The position numbers were made by a program, and so were the translations under genes. A stretch of 64,000 nt of DNA from Candidatus Saccharimonadales bacterium (GTDB taxonomy: Bacteria; Chloroflexota; Dormibacteria; Aeolococcales; Aeolococcaceae): NCBI GenBank assembly GCA_035532495.1, contig DATKQX010000052.1:9143-73142 (forward strand), written 5' to 3'. This document shows positions 1 to 9,147 of this stretch, one piece after another (position 1 is the first letter of the stretch; each line of letters opens with the position of its first letter). Below the pieces are notes generated by a model. It was not told the DNA's origin, searched no databases, and saw nothing but the letters and a program-made list of their open reading frames with translations.

Positions 1-491
1 CGGTCTCCGCGGGAGGTCGCAACACGTCCCGCTACCGGCCGACCGATCGCGACCAGGCCAGAGCGCACGTCGCTCGTCTGCTCGCCACGGATCGCACCGT
101 GCTCGTGCAGCGATACGTCGAGTCGGTCGACACCAATGGCGAGACCGGGCTCATCTTCTTCGAAGGAGTCTTCTCGCACGCGATTCGCAAGGGCCCGGTG
201 CTCCGCGCTCACAGCGTCGCTACAGACCAACTCTGGGCGCCGGAGGAGATCTCCGTCCGCGTCCCGGATGCGATCGAGCGCGCGGTCGCTGAGCAGACGC
301 TCGACGCAGTACCGTGGCCGCGCAACGAGCTCGTCTATGCTCGCGTCGACCTCGTCCGCGGTGACGGCGGGGCACCGCTGCTGCTCGAACTCGAACTCGC
401 TGAACCCTCGCTCTTCCTGGGATACGGCGACGACGCGCCGGCGAGGCTTGCGGCAGCGATCGCCGGCCGCATCCGCGATGCAGCGCCGTGA
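1..491 (+). CDS. ATP-grasp fold protein, C-terminal part (5' end outside window)
   Basis: Frame is open from the window edge into ORF 99..491. The C-terminal LVYARVDLVRGDGGAPLLLELELAEPSLF resembles RimK/glutathione-synthetase-type ATP-grasp C-domains. Confidence 0.55.
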   Translation, partial: VSAGGRNTSRYRPTDRDQARAHVARLLATDRTVLVQRYVESVDTNGETGLIFFEGVFSHAIRKGPVLRAHSVATDQLWAPEEISVRVPDAIERAVAEQTLDAVPWPRNELVYARVDLVRGDGGAPLLLELELAEPSLFLGYGDDAPARLAAAIAGRIRDAAP

Positions 492-926
492 CCTTCGACC
501 GTCAGTGCTCCGCGGCCCCTGCGCTCATGCCACCAGAGGATCCGTTGCCGCGGACTCCGAGGGCTCGATGTGTTGCACAACCGGACCATTCCTCGTTGCG
601 CGGTCCCGAGAAGCCCGCTCAGCGCGATTCGTGGAGATCAATCGCGTGACCAGCGCGCTGAAGGTCTCATCGGGACCGAGCGGTTCCTGCCGAGAGTTCG
701 CGATGCGTGCGGTCATGTCCTTTGCCTCAGTTCTCGTCAGGCATGCCAGCAATGCTTTGCGCATCCACGATCGCCGTCGCTCCACGAGCCTCAGCATGAG
801 TATCGGACGGTCGCACCACGCACCAGCCTCCTCTATCGGAGCATCCCTACTGGCATTTCCCTTGCAGTCAGGGCATAATCTGCGCACAGCTCGCGCAAAG
901 TCTGTCCGTAACCGCACATAGTTCGA

Positions 927-1697
927 GTGGGAATCCTCGCCAAGACAATGACCACTCCCGCAACGACCACGGACGAAGGATTCAGTCGTAATCGCATCCT
1001 TTCCGCGCTTCCAGCCCTCGAGCGTCAGCAGGTGTTCGAAGTGGTTGAAAACGTCACCCTTCCGATCAAGACGGTGCTGTTTGAACCCGGCGCCCCAATT
1101 GACGCGATCCATTTCCCCATAGACGGGGTGATCTCCCTGGTGACGCCCCTCAACGACGGCGCCATCGTCGAAGTCGCGACCATCGGCAACGAAGGCATCG
1201 TCGGGGTCCCGCTGGTGCCCACCGGGGGGCTCGCGGTCCGCGCGATCTCGCAGGTCGCCGGCCATTCCCTGCGCATGGAAGCCACCACCTTCCTCGACTG
1301 GGCGGACCGGAGCAACGCGTTCCAGGCGCTCGTCGAGAGCTACACCCAGGCGCTCTTCGGGCAGATCTCGCAGGCGGCGGCGTGCAACCGCCTCCATTCG
1401 AGCGAGGAGCGTCTCAGCCGCTGGCTCCTCATGAGCCACGATCGGGTCGGCTCGGACGAGTTCATGATCACGCAGGAGTTCCTCGGGCAGATGCTCGCCG
1501 CGCGGCGATCGACCGTATCGGTTTCCGCCGGCATCCTGCAGCGAGCCGGACTCATCCGGTACGTCCGCGGCCACGTGACGATCGTCGACCGCGCCGGGCT
1601 CGAGGCGGTGTCGTGCGAGTGCTACACCGTCATCAAGACAGAGTTGGATCGGGTGGCGTGGCACGCACCGCGACCGGACGGGGCCTCGACCTCCTAG
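927..1697 (+). CDS. Crp/Fnr-family transcriptional regulator
   Basis: ORF 927..1697 has a cNMP-binding-like N-terminal half and a C-terminal HTH (ITQEFLGQMLAARRSTVSVSAGILQRAGLIRY). Start is GTG 927 or ATG 948. Confidence 0.8.
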   Translation: MGILAKTMTTPATTTDEGFSRNRILSALPALERQQVFEVVENVTLPIKTVLFEPGAPIDAIHFPIDGVISLVTPLNDGAIVEVATIGNEGIVGVPLVPTGGLAVRAISQVAGHSLRMEATTFLDWADRSNAFQALVESYTQALFGQISQAAACNRLHSSEERLSRWLLMSHDRVGSDEFMITQEFLGQMLAARRSTVSVSAGILQRAGLIRYVRGHVTIVDRAGLEAVSCECYTVIKTELDRVAWHAPRPDGASTS

Positions 1698-1731
1698 AGT
1701 CCCCGCTCGCGGTGATGACCCAGGGATTCGT

Positions 1732-2658
1732 GTGAGCGTCTCGCCGTCCGGCCGGGAGTACGCACTGGTCAATGGAGACCAACGCGCAGTGATCGTCGAG
1801 GTCGGCGCCGGACTTCGCTCCTACCGGTCCTCCACAACGGACGTCGTCGACGGATTCCGGCGGAGCGAGCCGGGCGAGGGGGGACGCGGCCAGATACTCC
1901 TCCCGTGGCCGAACCGAATCGCCGATGGGCGCTACTCGTTTGGCGGACGGGAGATGCAGTTGCCGGTCAACGAATCCCGGACCGGGTGCGCGATTCACGG
2001 CCTCACTCGGGCGCTGCCATGGGCGCTCGTCGACGCGGCGATGGACACCACCACCCTCTCCCTCGACCTGTGGCCGTCCACGGGTTATCCATTCGCACTG
2101 TCGCTGGCGATCACGTACGCACTGACCTCCCACGGTCTCACGGTGCAGACCACGGCCCGGAACACCGGCGACAATCCGTGCCCTTATGGCGCCGGGGCCC
2201 ACCCGTACGTGCGGGTTGACGATGCGCATCCCGTCGACGCTTCGCTGCTGCACATGCCGGCGAGCGCCACGCTGGAAGCCGATGCCCGCGGGATTCCGAC
2301 CGGCGTCACGTGCTCGGTCGAAGGAACGGACTTCGACTTCCGTACGCCGCGTCGAATCGGGTCGCTGCTGCTCGATACCGCGTACACGGCACTGTCAGCC
2401 GACGCCGATGGTATCACCCGGATTTCGCTCGCCGCGCCGGATGGGGATCGAGTCGTGACCGTCTGGATGGACGCGACCCATCCCTTCGCGATGATCTACA
2501 GCGGCGACACGCTCTCCGATGTGCGGCGCCGGCGGCACGGGCTCGCCATCGAGCCGATGACGTGCGCGCCCGACGCTTTCAACTCGGGATTCGGTCTGAT
2601 CACGTTGCAACCCGGCGAGTCCCACGTCAGCACATGGGGCATCAGCCCGGCTCACTGA
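1732..2658 (+). CDS. aldose 1-epimerase (galactose mutarotase-like) family protein
   Basis: ORF 1732..2658 with GTG start. QILLPWPNRIADGRYSFGGREMQLPVNE..CAIHGL is typical of the aldose-epimerase family. Confidence 0.75.
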   Translation: MSVSPSGREYALVNGDQRAVIVEVGAGLRSYRSSTTDVVDGFRRSEPGEGGRGQILLPWPNRIADGRYSFGGREMQLPVNESRTGCAIHGLTRALPWALVDAAMDTTTLSLDLWPSTGYPFALSLAITYALTSHGLTVQTTARNTGDNPCPYGAGAHPYVRVDDAHPVDASLLHMPASATLEADARGIPTGVTCSVEGTDFDFRTPRRIGSLLLDTAYTALSADADGITRISLAAPDGDRVVTVWMDATHPFAMIYSGDTLSDVRRRRHGLAIEPMTCAPDAFNSGFGLITLQPGESHVSTWGISPAH

Positions 2659-2684
2659 ACGCGACGACTCGCGGCTGTTGCACC

Positions 2685-3146
2685 ATGGACGCGAAGATGC
2701 CCTCACGCCGCGCCAAGAGCGCCCGAAAGCACATCGTCCTCATCGCTCATGACAACCGCAAGGCCGATCTGCTCGAGTGGGCACGCTTCAACCGCGAAAC
2801 CCTGTCGCGGCATGACCTGTACGGCACCGGCACCACCGGTGCGATGGTTGCCGATGCCCTGGGCCTCCCCGTGCATCGATTCCTCACGGGCCCGCTCGGC
2901 GGGGATCAGCAGGTCGGCGCCGCAATCGCCGAAGGACGGATCGATCTGGTCATCTTCTTCTGGGACCCGCTCGAGCCCCAGCCGCACGACGTCGATGTGA
3001 AGGCACTCCTCCGAATTGCGGTCGTCCACAACGTGCCGATCGCCTCCAATCGAGCAACGGCCGACTACATCATGTCGAGCTCGTTGATCGACGAGATATA
3101 CCCGCGGTCGCTCGACGGGGTCAAGCCCCGGGAACCGGTGGTCTGA
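2685..3146 (+). CDS. mgsA: methylglyoxal synthase
   Basis: Internal ATG 2685 of ORF 2310..3146. HIVLIAHDNRKADLLEW...LYGTGTTG...GPLGGDQQVGA...VIFFWDPLEPQPHDVDVKALLR matches MgsA throughout. Confidence 0.9.
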   Translation: MDAKMPSRRAKSARKHIVLIAHDNRKADLLEWARFNRETLSRHDLYGTGTTGAMVADALGLPVHRFLTGPLGGDQQVGAAIAEGRIDLVIFFWDPLEPQPHDVDVKALLRIAVVHNVPIASNRATADYIMSSSLIDEIYPRSLDGVKPREPVV

Positions 3147-3155
3147 CCGTAGTCC

Positions 3156-4259
3156 TCAGCCTGTCCCGATCATGCGGGCCAGCGACACCGGGTTGAACAC
3201 GTGGAGCCGTCGCGGCGCTGCCGACAGCACCACCGAGTCGCCGACCTTGAGCACGTTGTCGACGTCGACGATTGCGACCACGTCCTGACCGCCCGAACTG
3301 CCGTGAATGAGCACGTCGTTGCCGAGGAACTCGATGACGTCAAGCGTCACCGTGACGTTGAGACCAGGTCCCGCGAGCGCGCCGACCTCCAGGTGCTCCG
3401 GCCGGAAGCCAACCGTCACGATGTCAAGGCCGCTGTCCCGGAGGAGAGCCGACAGCGTCGGGTCCGGTTGCAGCTCACTGCCCTCGCCTTTCAGTGTTAC
3501 GACCCCGCCTTCGTTGGAAACCTTGAGGTCGATGAAATTCATCGACGGCGAGCCGATGAACCCCGCGACAAAGCGGTTGAGCGGCGCTTCATACAGCTCT
3601 TTCGGCGTCCCAACCTGCTGGAGCACCCCCTCGTTGATGACGGCGATGCGATCGCCCATCGTCATCGCCTCGACCTGGTCGTGGGTGACGTAGATCATCG
3701 TGGCCTCGAGCCGGGTATGGATGCGCGCGATCTCCGCGCGCGTCTGCACGCGCAGCTTCGCGTCGAGGTTGGAGAGCGGCTCGTCCATGAGGAACACCGA
3801 CGGCTCGCGGACGATCGCGCGGCCGAGTGCCACGCGCTGACGCTGGCCTCCTGAGAGTTGCCCGGGCTTGCGGTCGAGGAAGCGCTCGAGGTCGAGGATC
3901 TTGGCAGCCGCCTCAACGGCCCTGTCGATGTCGGCCTTCGGTGTCTTGCGGAGCTGCAGACCGAACGCCATGTTGTCGCGCACGCTCATGTGCGGGTACA
4001 GCGCGTAGCTCTGGAACACCATGGCGATGTCGCGGTCCCGCGGCGGCAGATTGTTGACCACACGATCGCCGATGCGAACCTCGCCGCTGGTGATGGTCTC
4101 GAGCCCGGCGATCATGCGAAGCGCCGTCGTCTTCCCGCATCCCGACGGGCCGACGAAGCAGATGAACTCACCGTCCTTGATGTCGATGTTCAGCTTGTTG
4201 ACGGCGAGGGCGCCGCCGTCGTACCGCTTCGTCAGATCGTCGAGGACTACGCCGGCCAT
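3156..4259 (-). CDS. sugar ABC transporter ATP-binding protein (MalK/UgpC/MsiK type)
   Basis: ATG at 4259 (MAGVVLDDLTKRY). Walker A GPSGCGKTT, signature LSGGQRQRVALGRA, Walker B FLMDEPLSNLD, and a C-terminal MalK-like regulatory domain. A GAGGAG SD overlaps the stop of the upstream permease. Confidence 0.9.
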   Translation of the reverse strand: MAGVVLDDLTKRYDGGALAVNKLNIDIKDGEFICFVGPSGCGKTTALRMIAGLETITSGEVRIGDRVVNNLPPRDRDIAMVFQSYALYPHMSVRDNMAFGLQLRKTPKADIDRAVEAAAKILDLERFLDRKPGQLSGGQRQRVALGRAIVREPSVFLMDEPLSNLDAKLRVQTRAEIARIHTRLEATMIYVTHDQVEAMTMGDRIAVINEGVLQQVGTPKELYEAPLNRFVAGFIGSPSMNFIDLKVSNEGGVVTLKGEGSELQPDPTLSALLRDSGLDIVTVGFRPEHLEVGALAGPGLNVTVTLDVIEFLGNDVLIHGSSGGQDVVAIVDVDNVLKVGDSVVLSAAPRRLHVFNPVSLARMIGTG

Positions 4260-4269
4260 GACACGCTCC

Positions 4270-5190
4270 TCATTTGACCGCCCCGGCGAGCACGCCTCGG
4301 ACGAAGTATCGCTGGAAGGCAAAGAACACGATCAGCGGCACGACGATCGAGATCATCGCACCGGTGGAGATGATCCAGTAGTTGGACGACAGGAAACGTG
4401 TTTGCCCGTACAGGAACAGCGTCAGTGTCTGATGCGTGTTGTTGGCGAGGAACACAAGGGCCACGAGCAGATCGTTCCATACCCAGATGAACTGGAAGAT
4501 CGCGAGCGATGCGGCCGCCGGCAGGCCGAGCGGCATCACCACCTTGCGGAACAGCGTCCACTCTCCAGCGCCGTCGATCCGTCCCGCTTCAAGCAGGTCG
4601 TGCGGAATGCCCGTGTAGAAGTTGCGCATGAGAAAGATGCCAAACGGAAGGCCAAAGGCGACGTGGAAGATGATCACGCCGATCACCGTGCCGAAGATCT
4701 TGACGCCGGTGGTGTCGCCGATGAAGTTGTACAGACTGGCGACGGGGATCAATGCCATCTGGAGCGGCAGGACCAGCATCGCGACGATCAACAGGAACAC
4801 CACCGTCCGTCCGCGCCACCGTCCGAAGACGAGCGAGTACGCGGTAATGCTCGATATCACCGTGACCAGGATAGTGACCGGGATGGTGATCGCCAGTGAT
4901 GTCGTCAGCGAGTCGAGCACGCCCCCGGCCTGGAATCCCGCTGAGAACAAGGTCTTGTAGTTGGAGAAGGTGAGCTGCGCGGGAGCGGTGAACACGGTCC
5001 ACCATCCCGACTGCTCGAACGCGCTCTCCGGACGCAGCGAGATGATCGCGATCCCGATGGCGGGTACGAGCCAGAAGATGGCGATTGCCGCAAGCACCAC
5101 GTTGATGACGAGGCGGGACGGACGGAAGCGCGTGCGCCGCGTCGGCGCCGGCTTGGCCACGGGCAACGACGCAGCCTGGACGACACTCAT
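4270..5190 (-). CDS. carbohydrate ABC transporter permease (MalG-like)
   Basis: ATG at 5190 (MSVVQAAS) overlaps the upstream TGA (ATGA at 5187..5190). Six-TM pattern with EAA-type loop LLEAGRIDGAGEWTLFRKVVMPL. Confidence 0.9.
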   Translation of the reverse strand: MSVVQAASLPVAKPAPTRRTRFRPSRLVINVVLAAIAIFWLVPAIGIAIISLRPESAFEQSGWWTVFTAPAQLTFSNYKTLFSAGFQAGGVLDSLTTSLAITIPVTILVTVISSITAYSLVFGRWRGRTVVFLLIVAMLVLPLQMALIPVASLYNFIGDTTGVKIFGTVIGVIIFHVAFGLPFGIFLMRNFYTGIPHDLLEAGRIDGAGEWTLFRKVVMPLGLPAAASLAIFQFIWVWNDLLVALVFLANNTHQTLTLFLYGQTRFLSSNYWIISTGAMISIVVPLIVFFAFQRYFVRGVLAGAVK

Positions 5191-6629
5191 CCTCTGATCC
5201 TCTTGAGATTCATCAACATTGCGGGGACGACGAGAATGAAGAGGATCACCGCGAGCGCGGCCGCGAGTCCCTGCCCATTGTTGCTTGCGAAATTGTTGTA
5301 GATGTCGAGCGCGATCGTGCTCGCGCCGCTCTGCGATGACGGTGTCGCCATGTTCAAGATGATGTCGAAGATCTTCAGGACGTTGATGAGCATGGTGACG
5401 AAGACCACGACGAGCACGGGGCGGAGCATCGGCACGGTGACGCGGCGCAACGTCTGCCATTCCGACGCACCGTCGATCTGCGCCGCCTCGAGCACCTCGC
5501 GGTTGAGTGCCGCAAGTCCCGCACCGATCACCACCATCGCGAACCCTGCCCAGATCCAGAGGTACGCGATGATCATCGCGATGTCGACGATCGGCAGGCT
5601 CAGGACCGCCTGCAGCGTCGGGTTCAGCGAGCCCGTTGGAGTCAGCGATTGCGTGCCGAGAAAGAAGATGCCGTTGAAGCCGGCCTGGAAGTTGTTGGCC
5701 GTGATCTGGATGCGATAAATGCTCGACCCGACGCCGGCAAACGAGAAGCTCCCATCCGACGCGGTCGTTGTCGTCGCCCCGACGGAACCGTCAGCGCTCA
5801 GCAGGGCAACATGCATCCCCGCAATTCCGTCCTCGTCGGGGAACACCTGACCGCGTGCCGTCGGGTGCGACGGCGAGAAATCCCGCCATACCAGACCTGT
5901 GATCGCACCGCTTGATGAGGACGGTACCTGCGCGGTCGTCGCATGGTTCGTCTGGAGCACGGCCGGGCTGATCCCCGTGAGCCCGAGCTCGATGGTGCCG
6001 CCCGCGGTCACCGTTGATTTGCTTTGCAGCGTTCCTCCGGGTCCGGACTCCACGCCGGTGGCAGCAAGCGCGCCCACACTCTCCCCCGCCGACGTGTCGA
6101 CGGGATACAGACCCGGAGGATTGACCCCGTTGGCGACGCCCTGCACCGCAGCGTTCACCACGCCGGTGTGCGGATCGTTGAAGAAGATCGAGGCCCACGT
6201 GAGCCCGGCGGCGGTCGCGCTGAACACGAGTGGCATGAACACGATGGTCTTGAACGCCGTCCCCCAGCGAATCCGCTCCGTGAGCACGGCGAACACCAAC
6301 CCGAAGAACGTGACCAGGAAGGGGAAGACCACCACCCACACGACGTTGTTCTTGAGAGAGACGATGATGTCCGTCGTCGAGAAGATCGCCTTGTAGTTGC
6401 CGAGCGCGATGAATCGGGTGCCGGAGCCGTCGAACAGACTACGGACAATCGTCGCAATGAACGGGTAGACGACGATGATCAATAACCAGAGCGCGCCCGG
6501 CAGCAGGAAGAGAAGTGAACCGAGATGGCTCTTCCAGCCACCGCCACCGACCGGCGCACCAATCGTCGGAACGACGTCCTGCTTCGGCTCAACCGGCAGC
6601 GCGTCCGCTGTCGGATCGGCAACGCTCAC
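5187..6629 (-). CDS. carbohydrate ABC transporter permease (MalF-like) with large extracytoplasmic insert
   Basis: GTG at 6629 is preceded by GAGGGA. EAA loop VLEAAQIDGASEWQTLRRVTVPML. About 190 extra residues lie between TM3 and TM4. Confidence 0.85.
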   Translation of the reverse strand: MSVADPTADALPVEPKQDVVPTIGAPVGGGGWKSHLGSLLFLLPGALWLLIIVVYPFIATIVRSLFDGSGTRFIALGNYKAIFSTTDIIVSLKNNVVWVVVFPFLVTFFGLVFAVLTERIRWGTAFKTIVFMPLVFSATAAGLTWASIFFNDPHTGVVNAAVQGVANGVNPPGLYPVDTSAGESVGALAATGVESGPGGTLQSKSTVTAGGTIELGLTGISPAVLQTNHATTAQVPSSSSGAITGLVWRDFSPSHPTARGQVFPDEDGIAGMHVALLSADGSVGATTTTASDGSFSFAGVGSSIYRIQITANNFQAGFNGIFFLGTQSLTPTGSLNPTLQAVLSLPIVDIAMIIAYLWIWAGFAMVVIGAGLAALNREVLEAAQIDGASEWQTLRRVTVPMLRPVLVVVFVTMLINVLKIFDIILNMATPSSQSGASTIALDIYNNFASNNGQGLAAALAVILFILVVPAMLMNLKRIRG

Positions 6630-6872
6630 GCGACATCCCTCAGCACAGTTGGCCCGAGATGCTAGTCCGCTCGACGGTCGAAGGCAACACCGGAGATTTG
6701 TCGGCGTACCGATCTCGCGGCCCGGAGGGCGTTGTTGAGGGGTATCCCCCGATAGGGTGAGATGCAATTCGATCGGTTGCGTTTCGGGTGCATGTGGAGT
6801 ACATAGGTCTCGACGCGGTGATTTGTAAGGAGAGCGGGTCCAATGGGTTCGCCTCTCCGTAGAGGAGAACGT

Positions 6873-8258
6873 ATGACGCAGGTCAGCACCCTGGGAAAGC
6901 TGGCAGTCGTGACCGCCGGAGTGCTCGGAATTGCGACGGCGTGCGGCTCGACCAGCACGACGCCGCCCGCGAGCTCGAGCGGCTCATCGAGCAACAAGAT
7001 CGGCGGCTCGGTCACCGTCTGGGGCGAGTGGACAGCACAGGAGCAGCAGAATTTCCTCGCGGCACTCGTGCCGTTCCATACGCAAACGGGCATCACCGTC
7101 AACTATTCAGGGAAAGGCAGCAACATGGATACCGCGCTGAATTCCGCGGTTTCCGGCGGTTCGCCTCCGGATGTGGCGTTCGTCCCTGATCCCGGTACGC
7201 TCAACAGCCTTGCCAAGGCTGGAAAAGTCAAGGATCTGACCAGTCTGCTCGGCAACTTGACGTCCAACTTCGGCGCCGCGTGGAACACGCTCGCGAGCTA
7301 CAGCGGCAAGCAGTACGGCGTGTGGTTCAAAGGTGCGAACAAGAACACCATCTGGTACAACCCCGCGCTCTTCACGGAGGCGGGCATCAGCACGCCGCCG
7401 ACCACGTGGGAGCAGTTGCTCACCGACGCAGGGCAGTTGAAGGCCGCCGGTGTCACGCCATTCTCACTGTGCACCGACGTCGGCTGGCCGGTCGCGGACT
7501 TCTGGCAGAACGTCTACCTGAAGACCGCGGGTGCGGATAGCTACAACAAGCTCGCGACGCATGCGCTCAAGTGGAGCGACCCAACGGTGACGACGGCGTT
7601 CACCACGCTCGGTCAGCTGTTCAGCAACACGTCGTACCTCGCCGGTGGCCTGAACGGCGCGCTCGCCAACTCCTACCCGCTCTGCGTCGACAAGGTCTTC
7701 CCCAAGGCCGGATCGCAGCCACAGGCGGCGATGGTCTTCGAGGGCGACTTCGTGGTCAGTGAGATCACCGGGAACTCGAAAAGCTACGCAGCTGGAACGA
7801 CTGGAACCGGCGGCGCCGCGTGCACCACCGACGCGAGCAAGACCCCGTGCTACGACTTCTTCCCGTTCCCGGCACCATCCGCGGACAGCGCCAACCAGAA
7901 TGCGGTTCAGGGTGCAGGCGATGTCGGGATGATGCTCAATGCCACTCCGCAGGCCCAGGCGCTGATGAAGTACATCGCGGGACCTGAGCCCGGATCGATC
8001 TGGGCAAATGCCGGTGGGTTTGCATCACCGAACAACAAGGTGACCGGCGACTCGTACCCGGACGCAGTGTCGAAGGCGGACGCGGCGGCACTCGTCAACG
8101 CGACCAGCTTCGTCTTCAGCCTCGACGATCTGCAGGGAAGCTGGGAGCCGATGATGTGGGCCGACCTGCTCAACTTCCTGAAGAACCCGACGAGTTCGAA
8201 CATCGCCACCGTCGAGGCGACCATGGATCAGCAGGCGACAGCGGCCCTGGGCCACTAG
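6873..8258 (+). CDS. ABC transporter substrate-binding lipoprotein (family 1 solute-binding protein)
   Basis: ATG 6873 follows GAGGAG. Signal peptide plus lipobox GIATAC, then an S/T-rich linker and an SBP-like body. Divergent from the permease operon. Confidence 0.85.
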   Translation: MTQVSTLGKLAVVTAGVLGIATACGSTSTTPPASSSGSSSNKIGGSVTVWGEWTAQEQQNFLAALVPFHTQTGITVNYSGKGSNMDTALNSAVSGGSPPDVAFVPDPGTLNSLAKAGKVKDLTSLLGNLTSNFGAAWNTLASYSGKQYGVWFKGANKNTIWYNPALFTEAGISTPPTTWEQLLTDAGQLKAAGVTPFSLCTDVGWPVADFWQNVYLKTAGADSYNKLATHALKWSDPTVTTAFTTLGQLFSNTSYLAGGLNGALANSYPLCVDKVFPKAGSQPQAAMVFEGDFVVSEITGNSKSYAAGTTGTGGAACTTDASKTPCYDFFPFPAPSADSANQNAVQGAGDVGMMLNATPQAQALMKYIAGPEPGSIWANAGGFASPNNKVTGDSYPDAVSKADAAALVNATSFVFSLDDLQGSWEPMMWADLLNFLKNPTSSNIATVEATMDQQATAALGH

Positions 8259-8279
8259 CCGCAACCACCGTGTCGTCAC

Positions 8280-8313
8280 GGCCAGCCCGGCCCGGTCACC
8301 GGTCGGGCTGGCC
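8280..8313 (+). terminator. GC-rich hairpin downstream of the SBP gene
   Basis: GGCCAGCCCG (8280..8289) pairs with CGGGCTGGCC (8304..8313), with an inner CCGG/CCGG pairing. It is followed by ACGTTCGTTCTG. Confidence 0.55.
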
Positions 8314-8370
8314 ACGTTCGTTCTGCGCCGCAACACCACGTGATGAGCGCTCGCGTGGTATGACCTGCAC

Positions 8371-9147
8371 ATGCCATCCGTGAAGCGTCCGTCGCTGGCA
8401 CTCTTCGTGAGCGAGCCCGGTCGGGCGCTGGCCGACTATGGCGCGATGCTCGCGACGTCGCCGGTGTTTCTGTTCGCGCCGCGAGGCGATGGCCATCCGG
8501 TGCTCGTCATGCCGGGACTGCTTGCTGAGGACGCGTCCACGGCGACACTCCGCTGGTACCTGCGGTCGATCGGGTACGAGGTCGGCGGCTGGCTTCTCGG
8601 TCGTAACCTCGGTCCGACGCCCGAGATCATGAGCGGTATGACGGCGCGTCTCGATGAGCTGCACGCGGCGGCCGGCAGGACGGTCAGCCTCATCGGGTGG
8701 AGCCTCGGCGGCATCTTCGCGCGTGAGCTGGCACGTTCCCGGCCGCAACTCGTCCGCCAGGTCATCACCCTCGGCAGCCCATTCGGACTCGACAACGTGC
8801 ATCACAGCCGCGCGGGCGGCGTCTACCAGCGGCTGACCGGCCAGCACGTCAGCGCCGGCTCGCTGCCGCCGCGCCGACACCTACGCCGCTCGATACCCGT
8901 CCCGACGACCGCCGTCTACTCGCGACTCGATGGCGTGGTGCCGTGGGAGGCGTGCATCAACACCCCTGGCCCGCGCTGCGAGAACGTGGGCGTCTACGGC
9001 AGTCACCTCGGACTGGGCCACAACCCGGCAGTGCTCTGGGTGCTGGCGGACCGCCTCGCCCAGGCCGAAGGTGCGTGGCAACCATTCCGTCCCCCGGCGA
9101 TTGCCCGTCATCTCTTCCCTGAGCGAGGCGAGGCCGAAGCGGCCTGA
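8371..9147 (+). CDS. alpha/beta-fold hydrolase
   Basis: ORF 8371..9147. Nucleophile elbow GWSLGG, with a later ITLGSPF segment. Confidence 0.7.
   Translation: MPSVKRPSLALFVSEPGRALADYGAMLATSPVFLFAPRGDGHPVLVMPGLLAEDASTATLRWYLRSIGYEVGGWLLGRNLGPTPEIMSGMTARLDELHAAAGRTVSLIGWSLGGIFARELARSRPQLVRQVITLGSPFGLDNVHHSRAGGVYQRLTGQHVSAGSLPPRRHLRRSIPVPTTAVYSRLDGVVPWEACINTPGPRCENVGVYGSHLGLGHNPAVLWVLADRLAQAEGAWQPFRPPAIARHLFPERGEAEAA

Noticed and set aside
525-797. Possible small minus-strand gene (63-90 aa, e.g. MTARIANSRQEPLGPDETFSALVTRL...) in the 436-bp gap between the ATP-grasp and Crp genes
   Set aside because: GC3 is moderately coding-like and AAGGA precedes the ATG at 716. However, I recognise no family, and the ORF is only the tail of the long shadow ORF. 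The evidence is not strong enough to call it.
525-1772. 415-aa minus-strand ORF spanning the Crp/Fnr gene
   Set aside because: It is antisense to a well-supported regulator gene, its sequence is Arg/Pro/Gly-rich low complexity, and it shows no family features. This is a typical high-GC shadow ORF.
2310-2684. Long N-terminal extensions offered by the ORF track (2310.., 4270..5460, 5187..6767, 16405..16956, 24835..26577, 27572.., 29287.., 35487.., 36442..37863, 43970.., 59954..)
   Set aside because: The extensions overlap upstream genes or carry no homology-like sequence. Internal starts have SD sequences or stop-start overlaps and match the expected family N-termini.
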